Assembly (NCBI GenBank): GCA_963820525.1
Contig: CAWGAA010000001.1
Location: 1,056,001 to 1,120,000, forward strand
Source: an uncultured Spirochaetota bacterium
GTDB lineage: Bacteria; Spirochaetota; Spirochaetia; SZUA-6; Fen-1364
Direction of reading: 5' to 3'
DNA length: 64,000 nt
Positions within the stretch are counted from its first letter, which is position 1. Every line of letters begins with the position of its first letter. Shown here one piece after another: positions 39,258 through 49,795 of this stretch. The position numbers and the translations under genes were made by a program. Under the pieces are notes generated by a model that searched no databases, was not told the origin of the DNA, and saw only the letters and a list, made by a program, of their open reading frames with translations.

Positions 39258-39640
39258 CGGCGTAAGCCAGTCACCATCAGCTTGTCACGTTCTTTCGGAG
39301 TTCATGCCAGCTATTTGCCTCGGTGATGATGCTCTCACTGAGACATTCTGCGACAAATCCGCCATCCTGCTCTTGAAGTACTTCGAAAACGAGTTTGCCA
39401 TTTAGAGTCGCCATAGGCTATGTTCTTACTAGACTACTGACTCGTTTGTCGACGAATATTCAAAAGGGGTCAGTTTCTCCTTGTTCTTTTGCTCATGGCG
39501 GCTGGCTCGAAGCTCGTCAATCTGGGCGGGCGACTCCTGTGTTCCGCCGCCGGTCTTGAAAACCTCAGCGCTTCGCGATAAAGATAGCGGGGAGATGAGA
39601 AATTCGGGCCAAGAGCCACGACGCACCTGAAAAGCAGAGC

Positions 39641-42118
39641 ATGACAGACAGACAAGAGTTGCAGAACGAGATCTCACGCGAGGATACCCGGCTCACCGTC
39701 CTCAAAGCCGAAGTGGAGAAAAGCAACACCCGCTTAAACGCGCTTCGTGAGCAGCTCGCCGCTGAGCCGCCCCTGCAGATCGCCGTCCCCAGGCTGCCGG
39801 CTCCAGAGACAACACCGACACCGATGACGAATGCGGCCAAGGTCGCCCTTTTCCGGTCGCTTTTCCGAGGCCGCGAAGACGTCTTCCCGCGACGCTGGGA
39901 GAACGCGAAGAATGGCAAATCCGGCTACTCACCGGCCTGCACTAACGAGTGGGAGTACGGATTGTGCGCGAAGAAGAAGGGGCTCAACGCCAGCCGGCGT
40001 GTTCACTGCTGTGAGTGCCCCAGCCAGGCATTCATCCCGGTTTCAGACGAGGAGATCGCCAAGCACCTGCGAGGGGACCAGATCATGGGGGTCTATCCCC
40101 TCCTGCCAGACGATACGTGCTGGTTCCTCGCAGCCGATTTCGACAAGAAAACGTGGCATGATGATGTCATGGCGTTTATCGAGACCTGCGACACACACGG
40201 TATCCCCGTGGCGATCGAGCGATCCCGCTCGGGCAACGGCGCGCACGCCTGGTTTTTCTTCGCATCGCCTGTGCCCGCGGCAACAGCACGCAAGCTCGGC
40301 TGCTTTCTCATCACCGAGACCATGGCACATCGGCACCAGCTCTCGATGGAATCGTACGATCGCCTATTCCCCAACCAGGACACCATGCCGAAGGGCGGAT
40401 TCGGCAATCTGATCGCACTCCCTTTCCAACGTCATTCGCGCGACGCGGGCAACACCGTGTTAGTCGATGCCGTCCGAAAGCCCTGGTCCGATCAGTGGAC
40501 CTTTCTCGCCGGCATCAAGCGCCTCGATGCGACCTTCATCCACGCCCTCGCCGAAGAGGCCGCGAGTCGCGGGCAGGTGATCGGCGTCCGTGTAAGCGAG
40601 ACACTCGACGATGACGATCTGACGCCCTGGACCCGACCGCCTTCCGGACGCCCGAGAAAGGTCGTGATCACCGCGCCCCTACCTCCTAAGGTGAAGGCGG
40701 TCCTGAGCCAACGCTTGTTTATCGAGAAGGCCGGTTTGCCGTCGCCCCTGCTCAACGAGCTCAAACGCCTTGCTGCATTCCAGAATCCAGAGTTCTACAG
40801 GAAGCAGAGCATGCGCCTCTCAACGGTGCTCACGCCCAGGGTGATCGCGTGTGCCGAGGACTCCCCCGAACACATCACTCTTCCGCGCGGCTGTTTGCCC
40901 GATGCCGAGGCTTTGCTTCGCCAGAATGGAGTCGCGATAGATGTCAAGGACAAGCGTGAAGGCGGGACGCGGTCGACTTCGCATTCCAGGGCACCCTCAC
41001 CCCACTCCAGGAGTTTGCCGTGAAGGCGCTCCTCGAACATGATACCGGCGTGTGTGTCGCGCCGCCGGGCGTCGGCAAGACCGTAGTCGGCGCGTACCTA
41101 ATAGCAGCCCGGAAGACTAGCACGCTCATCCTCGTCTATCGCAAGCCGCTCCTCGACCAGTGGATCGGCCAACTGTCAATGTTCCTCGGCATCGGGCCCA
41201 AGGACATCGGCCGGATCGGCGCGGGGAAATCTAAACCCAATGGCCGGCTCGATGTGGCCATGGTCCAGAGCCTCGCGCGAAAAGGGAAGGTCGCAGATCT
41301 CGTCGCAGGCTACGGCCAGGTAATCGGTAATCCAAGACGAGGTCCATCATGCACCGTGTGTGAGCTTCGAGCGTGTTCTGGCCGAGGTGAAGGCCAGGTA
41401 CCTCGTCGGCCTCACCGCGACTCCACAGCGCCGAGACGGGCTCCATCCCATTCTCCACATGCAGCTCGGTCCGATCCGGTTTACGGCAGACGCGAAGAGC
41501 CAGACAGCCCAACGGCCGTTCGACCACAAGCTCGTCGTCAGAGAGACGGGGTTCTCACCCACTGGCCACACGGCCGATGCTGGAATCCAGGAGCTCTACG
41601 CGGCACTCGCCGCCGACAAGAAGCGCAACGACCTCATCTTCGACGACGTGCTGTGTGCTCTCGAGGAGAAGCGCTCGCCCATCCTGCTCACGGAACGGCG
41701 GGAGCATTTGGAACACTTCGCCGACCGGCTTCAACGCTTCACTTGACATCTTATCGTGCTCCACGGCGGCATGAAAGACAAGGAGCGACGTGAGGTTCTC
41801 TTGAAGCTCGCCGGGATCCCCGACGGAGAGGAGAGGCTTATCATCGCGACCGGCAGGTACATCGGCGAAGGCTTCGACGACGCCCGGCTCGACACCCTGT
41901 TTCTCGCGTTGCCTGTCTCATGGAAGGGGACGCTCGTCCAGTACACCGGCCGGCTGCATCGCCTGCATGCGGGCAAGACCGAGGTTCGGATCTACGACTA
42001 CGTTGACAGTGCGGTCCGGATGTTGTTGAAGATGTTCGAGAAGCGGCTTCGCGGCTACAGGGCGATCGGATACGTCCGTGACGAGGAGGTGCTTCGAAAC
42101 CCCGAGGATAGGACATGA
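39641..42118 (+). pseudogene. AEP primase-like domain + SF2 (ResIII-type) helicase, TOTE-like, disrupted
   Basis: LFRGREDVF, CWFLAADFD, ERSRSGNGAHAW, GFGNLIALP, PPGVGKT, DEVHH, GLTATP, EGFD, QYTGRLHR; frameshift near 40965, ggtaatc duplication near 41318-41331, in-frame TGA at 41744. Confidence 0.82.
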
Positions 42119-42355
42119 GGAAAATAATGGCCGCAGATAAGAGAAAGCCGTCAAAGAAGAAGGGGCATAGCAGGACTCCGTCGAACGCGAGGCTCGAGCG
42201 GATCGATATGACGATGACGAGCATATTGTCGCGGTCTGTACGCACGGGAAGTCGCCCCAACGCGTCCCGATCCTTGACCCACCGCTGCCTGACCCACTTC
42301 CCGCTGGCGCGGAGTGGATCGACGCATTTCGCCGCTGGGCACGAGGGAGATAATC

Positions 42356-43051
42356 ATGGCCGGTCGACAGATCGATCGAGACAAGCTTAGGGCGGCCGTC
42401 CGCAGGCTGGGCGATGAGTACGTGTTCTATATGTTGGACGAGGCTATCGACCTCTTGCCCCAGGCGAAGCTCCTGAAGCTGGCAAAGCACTATATCGACC
42501 CGTCGAAGCTTGAACCGGATGGCAAGGCCGAAGGGAGCCTGCTCTCCGACGTGAAGGTTTTCGAGAAGGCGAGCTTGGCCGGCGAGTACTACGAGAGCTT
42601 CAATGTCAACTCGAAGAACTGCGTGGAAAAATCCACCGGCACCAGGGCTTGGATCGCCGATTGTCACCGGCTACTCGACCGCTGCGTGGCCCAGGAAAGG
42701 AAGGGCGATCCCGCCGATGTGCGCCAGGCTTTCGAAATCATCTTCGGGGTATTGGACCGCATCGACGAGTGTCTCGACGACGTCATCTTTTTCGCCGACG
42801 AGGCGGGATCGTGGCAGGTCGGCGTCGACTGGAACAAGGTCCTGCCTTCCTGGTTCAGGGTTCTTTCGGCAACTGCCGAGCCCGCGGAGTACGCCGAAAG
42901 GATCACGGTTTTGCTGGAGCGCCACTACAACTACGGGAGCAGGAAGATGCTCGCCGTCGCACGAAGGACGGCGACACCACAGCAACGTAAGGCCCTTTCT
43001 TGCGTCGTGAATCGGAAACCAAGTCAGCGACTACGCTGCAGGAAATCATGA
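42356..43051 (+). CDS. Hypothetical protein
   Basis: GGGAGA RBS; intact ORF with FFADEAGSWQVGVDW; stop overlaps the next start. Confidence 0.75.
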   Translation: MAGRQIDRDKLRAAVRRLGDEYVFYMLDEAIDLLPQAKLLKLAKHYIDPSKLEPDGKAEGSLLSDVKVFEKASLAGEYYESFNVNSKNCVEKSTGTRAWIADCHRLLDRCVAQERKGDPADVRQAFEIIFGVLDRIDECLDDVIFFADEAGSWQVGVDWNKVLPSWFRVLSATAEPAEYAERITVLLERHYNYGSRKMLAVARRTATPQQRKALSCVVNRKPSQRLRCRKS

Positions 43052-44187
43052 GCGAATACCAGTACTACGAGTTCCAGGCGATCGACCGGCCGCTCAGCGC
43101 GAAGGAGATGAGCGTGCTGCGGTCATACTCGACGCGGGCCCGCATCACGCCGACGAGCTTCGTCAATCACTACGAGTGGGGCAGCTTCAAGGGCGACGAG
43201 GACGCGTGGATGGAAAAGTACTTCGACGCGTTCGTGTACCTCGCCAATTGGGGCACGCACGTGCTTAAGCTGCGATTGTCGTCGAGGCTGCTCGATCCGG
43301 CAATGGCCGGGAAGTACTGCGGCGGCAATAGCGCCTTCATCCACGAGAAAGCCGGCAAGGTCATCCTGACCTTCGTGTCCGAAGACGAGGAAGGCGGCGA
43401 GTGGGAAGAGGGTGAAGGCCAGCTCTCCTCGATGATCTCCGTGCGGACCGAGCTGGCGCGCGGTGACTTGCGGGCCCTGTACCTGGGCTGGCTGCTTCGG
43501 GCGCAAGCCCGGGAACTCGACGACGAAGATGTAGAGCCGCCCGTTCCGCCGGGCCTCGGTCAGCTCAGTGCATCGCTGGAAAGCCTGGCCTCGTTCCTGC
43601 GCATTGACGACGACCTGCTGCACGTGGCCGCCGAGACCAGCAGGCCGCTTGGAGACACGGATATAGATCGGAACGAGGTCCGAGCGTGGGTCGAGAAGCT
43701 GGCGACCAAGGAGAAGGACGCGCTAATCGCGAACCTCATAATGGATGCCGACCACACCCTGGTTACGGAGCTGCTACAGCGGTTCATCAAGGAGCGATCG
43801 ACTGAAACCACGACGGACACGGTCCGAAGACGGACCGTGAGGCAACTCTGCCGGGCAGCCGAGGCCTTCGCAACGAAGCGTAGTCGCATCGAGGCTCACA
43901 AGCGTGCCGAGGCGAAAGCCCGCCTCGAACGCAAAGCCGCCATCGCCAGGGAAAAACATCTCGACAGCCTCGTCGGCCGCGAGCAGAAGCTGTGGGCCAA
44001 GGTAGAAACGCTAATCGCCGCCACGCAGCCGAAAAGTTACGACCTGGCCTTGAAGATCCTTGTCGACCTGCGCGATCTGGACGTCCGCGGCAAGGGCGGC
44101 GACTTCGCTCTGCGCATGGAAACGCTCCGGCAGGCTCACGCTCGAAAGCCCAGCTTCATCGAGCGGCTCGGGAAGGCAGGGCTGTAA
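43048..44187 (+). CDS. Conserved hypothetical protein (MSEYQYYEF..DRPL family)
   Basis: ATGA coupling; YFDAFVYLANWG, GDLRALYLGWL, EPPVPPGL. Confidence 0.8.
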   Translation: MSEYQYYEFQAIDRPLSAKEMSVLRSYSTRARITPTSFVNHYEWGSFKGDEDAWMEKYFDAFVYLANWGTHVLKLRLSSRLLDPAMAGKYCGGNSAFIHEKAGKVILTFVSEDEEGGEWEEGEGQLSSMISVRTELARGDLRALYLGWLLRAQARELDDEDVEPPVPPGLGQLSASLESLASFLRIDDDLLHVAAETSRPLGDTDIDRNEVRAWVEKLATKEKDALIANLIMDADHTLVTELLQRFIKERSTETTTDTVRRRTVRQLCRAAEAFATKRSRIEAHKRAEAKARLERKAAIAREKHLDSLVGREQKLWAKVETLIAATQPKSYDLALKILVDLRDLDVRGKGGDFALRMETLRQAHARKPSFIERLGKAGL

Positions 44188-44846
44188 TGGCGGCGAACAG
44201 GCACACCAGAAAACCTCTGGATCGGCGTAAGAAAACGACACCGAAATCGACAAAAGGTAGCCGGAAGAGCGTCTTGGGCAAAATGGCCCCATATGAGCTG
44301 GCCACCGTCCTGCAAGCCCTGCTGAAGAGACATCCGGAGCTCAAAGCCGAGGCGGAGGCGGCCGCCATCGGGATGGTGTCCGCCTTATCCGTCGAAGACA
44401 TCGCCGCGAAAGTGTTCGATGCAGTGACATCGCTCGGCCTCGAATCCCTTCACGGCCGCGCGGGCAATCAGCCGTGGGGCTACGTGGAGCCGGCAGACGC
44501 CGCCTGGGAATTGCTCGAAGAACCGGTCGAGGACATCATCGCCGACATGAAACGGTACATGGACCTCGGGCTGAAGACGGCGGCTGAAACGATCTGCTGT
44601 GGAATCGTGGCGGGTCTCCACAAGGCCGAGAGCGTCGGCTCAAACGGTCTGCTCGGTTGGGCGCCGGACTTTGCCGAAGAGGAAGCGTGTAATGCCGTCT
44701 TCGAGTTGATCCGCGCGTGCCCTGGCAAGGACCGCCGTGCCGTCCACGACAGGCTCGTCGAGGCTCTCGACGACCTCGTCCTGAACTGGCACAAAACGCT
44801 CTCTCAAACGGCAGTTCGCGCGTTACACAGCAGCTCGGTGTCGTGA
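44187..44846 (+). CDS. Hypothetical helical protein
   Basis: TAATG coupling; RAG..PWGYVEP.DAAWELLEE motif. Confidence 0.72.
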   Translation: MAANRHTRKPLDRRKKTTPKSTKGSRKSVLGKMAPYELATVLQALLKRHPELKAEAEAAAIGMVSALSVEDIAAKVFDAVTSLGLESLHGRAGNQPWGYVEPADAAWELLEEPVEDIIADMKRYMDLGLKTAAETICCGIVAGLHKAESVGSNGLLGWAPDFAEEEACNAVFELIRACPGKDRRAVHDRLVEALDDLVLNWHKTLSQTAVRALHSSSVS

Positions 44847-44879
44847 AAAACATACACACCCATGGTTAGAGTGCGGCCG

Positions 44880-44984
44880 GAATACAGCTTCTTTTACTGT
44901 TTCCGCTTCCGTGATGAGTTGGGGATCAAGGGGGGAAGTCACGACGTATCCACATTCTTCGGCTTCTTCCAGCGTAAGTTTGAA
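44880..44984 (-). pseudogene. HicB-like antitoxin fragment
   Basis: Manual translation FKLTLEEAEECGYVVTSPLDPQLITEAETVKEA. Confidence 0.55.
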
Positions 44985-45195
44985 TTACTTCTTGCTCGAC
45001 CTTGCTCCAGCGACCCGGTATTCGCGGTAGTCGAGACCGAGGGGGAAACGGCCGGCTTGGTTGTACCAGTTACCGGCAGAGCGTTTCAAGTCAGTAATCC
45101 CGGCGATGTTCATCTCTGGCAGGTGCGGGCCGTGGTAGAACTGCTCTCTTCGGGCGTTCCGCCGAATGAGGACAAATCGCGGCAGCGGCAAAGCG

Positions 45196-45315
45196 TCCTC
45201 GATCAGGCTTATGAATGAGGGCATTGATCGTTTGGTCGCTGGTTCGAGTCCGTCCGGGGGAGCAAAGGAAAGGTCGAGCTGGCTCTCTCTGGCGTTCGCC
45301 ATGGAGAGCCGGCTC
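45196..45315 (+). repeat. att-like site copy 2: tRNA-Asn 3' end plus arms
   Basis: ggtcgctggttcgagtccgtccgggggagc (45234-63, 2 mismatches to the tRNA), upstream tcctcgatca, downstream gagctggctctc/gagagccggctc hairpin. Confidence 0.9.
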
Positions 45316-45403
45316 TGACAATAGTCATTCCGCTTGGCGATTTCGGAAGTGCGGCGGGAGGAGCGGAAGTTTCAATAGGAGCGGCAGACCAATCTGGCAT
45401 GAG

Positions 45404-45682
45404 TCACTGGCGGCGCCATTCCATTCTTTCATACACATCCTTCCTGTGACAGACGCCAAGAATGAGAATGTCTTCACCTTCGATTTTCAGAACAATCCGA
45501 TAGTCCCCAACCCGCAGCTTTCTGTAGCCTTTCAGAGTTCTTCTCAATGGCTCCGAGTACTTGTCTGGAGATTCAAGTAGCCGCTGCTCAATGGCGACCT
45601 TGACTCTTTTCTGGATTGTCCGGCTGAGTTTTGGCAAGTCCTTTGCCTTGACGTCCGGGTGGTAGCTGAGGTGATAGGGCAC
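45404..45682 (-). CDS. RelE/ParE family toxin
   Basis: YHPDVKAKDLPKL..PLRRTLKGYRKLRVGDYRIV..HRKDVY. Confidence 0.9.
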   Translation of the reverse strand: MPYHLSYHPDVKAKDLPKLSRTIQKRVKVAIEQRLLESPDKYSEPLRRTLKGYRKLRVGDYRIVLKIEGEDILILGVCHRKDVYERMEWRRQ

Positions 45683-45684
45683 CT

Positions 45685-45912
45685 CTATCCCCAGACCTCA
45701 GCGTGCGTTAGGGTTTTCCGACGGGCTAGTGAATCAACACGCTCATCCGCAAAGCTCACGAGGGCAGAGTCCTCGAGGATTTCCAGAGCCTCCCGGACCA
45801 AGTCCCTGGTCACCATGGACAAGGACAATCCTCTCTCCTTCGCCATCCTCTCGATCAACGAATAGACCGGCCTTTCGAGGGCAACATTGATTCGGGGATT
45901 CTTGGTAGGCAT
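45685..45912 (-). CDS. RHH-type antitoxin
   Basis: 75 aa, RINVALE..AKERGLSLS..LED..THAEVW, directly upstream of relE. Confidence 0.85.
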   Translation of the reverse strand: MPTKNPRINVALERPVYSLIERMAKERGLSLSMVTRDLVREALEILEDSALVSFADERVDSLARRKTLTHAEVWG

Positions 45913-45930
45913 TGCTTTCCTCCAAGGAAT

Positions 45931-45952
45931 AGTGTATCACTTATGAGACACT
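45931..45952. promoter_or_regulatory. Inverted repeat, candidate TA operator
   Basis: agtgtatca-ctta-tgagacact just upstream of the antitoxin RBS. Confidence 0.5.
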
Positions 45953-46216
45953 GTGGCAACTGCCCATGAGGGCGCTTGACCGCCGAGTAGGGCAATCGCG
46001 GCTGCCAAGGGGATCTGCAACGCCGAAAACGCCACTCCGAGAACATGGTCGCTGCGAGGTTGATCCACGGCCGCTTTTACTTTGAGCCCGTCGTTATCAG
46101 GAATGCCTTCACACGGCGCACAAGCCGCAAGCGCAAGGTTGTAGAGGAGCGACCTTGAGCGACATGAATCCGTCCTTTGCCGATTTCGGTGCTTGCCGTA
46201 TGAGAAATGGACGGTA

Positions 46217-46320
46217 TCCTCGATCATTTGCAGCAAATGACCGCGTTACCAACCCGTTCGGCGGTTTGAGTCCGTCCGGGGGAGCGAAGATTGAGTCGAA
46301 CTGGTTTCCCCTGGCTAACA
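46217..46320 (+). repeat. att-like site copy 3
   Basis: tcggcggtttgagtccgtccgggggagc (46258-85), upstream tcctcgatca, downstream gagtcgaactgg..tggctaacac. Confidence 0.9.
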
Positions 46321-46385
46321 CGTCGCAGCTTGCAGGGGGCGTCCCCAAGGCGCCCAGGAGGATCCGGCTGAAGAACTGAGAGAGG

Positions 46386-46637
46386 CTACCCCGTGCTCTT
46401 CAGCTCCTCTCTGAGGATGCGGCGAAGGGTTTCCACGTCCAGCGGACGCGCTGACCTTCCCAGATACTCACGGAGGGCATCGTTTATCATGGTCTGGTAT
46501 CCCCGGCCGGCGGCATCCGCACGGTTGCGGAATTCCTCCAGAATCTCATCATCAAGGTAGATGCTGATCCTGCTCTTCCCTTTCTGAGGGATGACCGCCC
46601 CCCGCTTGGCCTTGCTGAAGTCATATTCCTTCCTCAT
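46386..46637 (-). CDS. BrnA family antitoxin
   Basis: MRKEYDFSKAKRG..ISIYLD..GYQTMINDALR. Confidence 0.9.
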   Translation of the reverse strand: MRKEYDFSKAKRGAVIPQKGKSRISIYLDDEILEEFRNRADAAGRGYQTMINDALREYLGRSARPLDVETLRRILREELKSTG

Positions 46638-46893
46638 AGTTTTTCCTCTCACTCCTCGTCGCGGTCCTGGCCGAAATCAGCCGGATTGTCTGACCGCGAT
46701 AGGAGTAGACAATGACAACAATCCGGCCTGATGAATCCGTCCCCATGGACACGAACCGTTGCTCGCCGCGAGCCTGGGAATCCTCCCTTGTGAGGGCAAA
46801 GGGATCAAAGAGCACCGCCTCGGCGTCGGAGAAGCGAATCCCATGCTTCCTTTGATTCGACGCAGCTTTCCGGGGATCCCACACAACTTGCAT
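46621..46893 (-). CDS. BrnT family toxin
   Basis: WDPRKAASNQRKHGIRF..EQR..IRLISARTATRSERKNYE; TTGATA-17-TATGCT promoter at 46928-46900. Confidence 0.9.
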   Translation of the reverse strand: MQVVWDPRKAASNQRKHGIRFSDAEAVLFDPFALTREDSQARGEQRFVSMGTDSSGRIVVIVYSYRGQTIRLISARTATRSERKNYEEGI

Positions 46894-47142
46894 ACTCAGA
46901 GCATATACATACATTATACATATATCAAGTGCCTGACGGCAATCGGAATACGGAGGGACGCAGGCAAAGTCGTATGGGGCCGCGAAAGCGAAATCATCGC
47001 TGAGCGGGTAGACGCTGGAGCTTAGACTCAAGGATTTCCGAATGCGATGGCTGCGAGTGAAAGGCTGTACAGATGCGGCCTTGGAAAGCACAAGCTTTGT
47101 ATTTGCATGCTCCGGCTCCCTTTGTGCATGAAGCATAGCAAG

Positions 47143-47250
47143 TCCTCGATCAGCGGGATGGCCGACCGTGTTAACGTCCAGGTCGCTGGTTCGAGTCCGT
47201 CCGGGGGAGCAGAGTTGGACAGGCAGTCGGCACAGAGTCGACTGCCTTTT
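47143..47250 (+). repeat. att-like site copy 4
   Basis: tgttaac..aggtcgctggttcgagtccgtccgggggagc (47169-47210), upstream tcctcgatca, hairpin aggcagtcggc/gtcgactgcct plus T run. Confidence 0.9.
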
Positions 47251-47284
47251 CTGTTTCTTGGGCGCAGCGGCAGGTCAGAGGGTC

Positions 47285-47740
47285 CGGCGCCAATAGAAGA
47301 TCGCCAGCTGGGTCCTACCACGCAGGTTCAGCTTCTCCAGCACCGTGGAGATGATGTTGCGGGCGCTGCCCTCGCTGATGAGGAGAGCGTCGGAGATCTC
47401 GCGGTTGGAGCAACCCCTGCGCCACCAACTCCGCCACCTCGTTCTCACGCGGCGTGAGGCCGGGTAGGGGCTGGGGATACGCGTCCGTGAGACGGTCCAG
47501 CATGCGCGCGTCCAGCACGGCGGTCTCCGTCATGAGGGCGCGAAGCCGCTACGCCATGCCGGCGGTGGGGGTGGATTTCAGCAGGTAGCCGGCCGCGCCG
47601 GCCTGGAGGGCCTCGCGGATACTCTGATCGTCCTCAAAGGTGGTGAGGATCATCACCCGGACCGTCGGCCAACGGCTTCGGATTTTTCGCGTCGCCTCGA
47701 TGCCGTCCATGCCCGGCATGCGCAGGTCCATGAGCACGGC
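47285..47740 (-). pseudogene. NarL/LuxR response regulator remnant
   Basis: LMDLRMPGMDGIEATR..ILTTFEDD..GYLLK and LTPRENEVAELVAQG in broken frames; N-terminus absent. Confidence 0.8.
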
Positions 47741-47897
47741 GGGCGCCCACTTCCATACTGACCGCGTTTTTTTTGTCTAAAAAAATCCTTAAAAAGCTCT
47801 TGACAAGGATGATATTTAGTAGCATTATACACTTAATTGCTTTTTGCACTTATAGAATTATTACTTATAGATGTGTAGTGAAGGATGGAGAGAGACG

Positions 47898-48299
47898 ATG
47901 TACCAGTCAGGTGATTGCGGAAGCATGAAAGGGCATGGTGAAGGGTCTTGTAGCTGCGAATCCAGGCATGAGAAGTTCATCGATCCCTGCCTGCTTCTCC
48001 TCATTGCGCAAGATCCATCCCATGGCTACGACCTCATCGAGCGGCTTAAAAAATACGGCTTCGATGGGGTGGATCCCACCAGAGTGTATCGGCGCCTGCG
48101 CCATCTGGAGGATTGCGGATTCCTCGAATCCGCGTGGTCGACGGACACTCCCGGGCCCGCGCGTAGAGCGTACAGGATCACAAAGGAGGGCCTGGATTTC
48201 CTTCAGACATGGCCTCCCGCGGTCCAGAGATCGATCGAGTCGTACAAGTCTTTTATCGACGATTTGACCGCTCTGAAGAATAAGGGGCAAAAAGGGTGA
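47898..48299 (+). CDS. PadR family regulator with Cys/His-rich N-terminus
   Basis: SHGYDL..VYRRLRHLE..GPARRAYRITKEG. Confidence 0.88.
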   Translation: MYQSGDCGSMKGHGEGSCSCESRHEKFIDPCLLLLIAQDPSHGYDLIERLKKYGFDGVDPTRVYRRLRHLEDCGFLESAWSTDTPGPARRAYRITKEGLDFLQTWPPAVQRSIESYKSFIDDLTALKNKGQKG

Positions 48300-49246
48300 A
48301 AGCCATGCAAGACAACGACGCTGCCGTTGTTGCCGTTGAAGCGGATGGGCTGGTGAAACGCTTTGAGAAGAACATCGCCGTGGACCGCGTCAGCTTCCAG
48401 GTGAGAAGAGGGGAGATTTTCGGCTTTCTGGGGCCGAACGGTGCGGGCAAAACCACGACGGTGAGGATACTCACGGGTGTTCTCAAGGCAGACGGGGGGA
48501 GCGCGTTGATTTTCGGCGCCAGGGCCGGCAGTCTTGAAGCCAAACGATTCGCGGGCGTGGTGCCCGAAATGGCGAACGCTTATGGAGACCTGTCAGGGTG
48601 GAGCAATCTGATGTTGATGGCGGAACTCTCGGATGTTCCCACAAAAACGGCGAGAGAGAGGGCGACGAAGCTCCTTCGAGAACTTGGGCTTTTCGAGAGA
48701 AAAGGCGACCTCGTGAAGGGATACTCCAAGGGAATGAAACAGCGCCTGATCCTGGGCATGGCGCTCATCGGCGATCCGAAGATCCTGTTCCTGGACGAGC
48801 CGACCTCGGGATTGGACGTGCAGAGCGCTCGTCTCATCAATGACCTCCTGCGCGGCTTGAACGCGGACGGTACGACCATTTTTCTCACAACCCATGACAT
48901 GGACGAGGCAAACCGCCTCTGCAATCGTGTGGCCATCATAGATCGCGGGAGGATTGTCGCTACGGACGCGCCGGAGAAGCTCAAGAAAGCGACGAGCGGC
49001 ATGCACTCGATAGAGATCAGCTTCGATGGCGCAGCGAGCCTAGAATCGTTTGAGGGTATATCAGGAGTGAGGGAAGTGAAGAGAATCGGAGACAAGCTCA
49101 AGCTTTATACTACGGACCCGGGGGAGCTTGTGGTCGAGATGGTCTCCTACTCCCGCGCGAACGGGCTTAAAATCGTATCGCTCAATACGCCGATTCCCTC
49201 GCTCGAAGACGCCTTTCTGGCGCTCACACACAAAGGAGCATCGTGA
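48296..49246 (+). CDS. ABC transporter ATP-binding protein (DrrA-like)
   Basis: GPNGAGKTT, YSKGMKQR, LFLDEPT, TTH. Confidence 0.92.
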   Translation: MKAMQDNDAAVVAVEADGLVKRFEKNIAVDRVSFQVRRGEIFGFLGPNGAGKTTTVRILTGVLKADGGSALIFGARAGSLEAKRFAGVVPEMANAYGDLSGWSNLMLMAELSDVPTKTARERATKLLRELGLFERKGDLVKGYSKGMKQRLILGMALIGDPKILFLDEPTSGLDVQSARLINDLLRGLNADGTTIFLTTHDMDEANRLCNRVAIIDRGRIVATDAPEKLKKATSGMHSIEISFDGAASLESFEGISGVREVKRIGDKLKLYTTDPGELVVEMVSYSRANGLKIVSLNTPIPSLEDAFLALTHKGAS

Positions 49247-49470
49247 TGCCGGCAATTTCAACAGCTCTGGGGCAGTCCAGGCGCGTATGGACCATCGCCA
49301 AGAAAGACATCCGCATCTACTATTCCAAGGGCCCGGTGGTGATATTCGGCATCATCTTCCCCGTTTTCCTTTTTCTTTCGTTCATGATCGGCAGGAGGCT
49401 GACCCTCGATTCCACGATGCCCGGGCTTATGGGAATGATCCTTTTCTTTTCCGCCACTGCAATATCCAGT
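49243..49470 (+). pseudogene. Truncated ABC-2 permease
   Basis: IAKKDIRIYY..GIIFPVFLFLSF..PGLMGMILFF, then unrelated sequence. Confidence 0.65.
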
Positions 49471-49795
49471 TCCGCTCGTCATCGGATTGGTCCTACCTTA
49501 CTTTCTGTTCTCCCTGACGGTTCGGGAGTGGCTGGTTTTCATCTCGATCGGGACCCCGATCGGATTCCTTTCCCATATCCTCTTTTTTTTCCTGTTAGTA
49601 TACGGGATGTACATGCCGTTCATCCGCATACCGTCGATCTGGTTATGAAACCACGCAACGGCCTTCCTCGCCGCGTACGCGAATCCCCTGCTCGACTTTT
49701 AATCGAACGGTATCGTGAAAACGACGTGAGTCCTTATTCGGATGACTACTCAACGCAGATCTGCGTGCCGGTGGATAGAGTACGCTGGTTCCGCC

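Noticed and set aside
41744..41746. Selenocysteine or readthrough at the in-frame TGA of the helicase
   Set aside because: The position is not Cys-like and the gene has two other lesions; a CGA-to-TGA change is simpler.
45196..47210. Extra functional tRNA-Asn genes at copies 2-4
   Set aside because: Only the 3' half is retained; there is no D arm and the acceptor and anticodon stems are broken.
48495..48502. Another GGGGGAGC core
   Set aside because: It lies inside the ABC ATPase coding sequence and has neither conserved arm; chance match.
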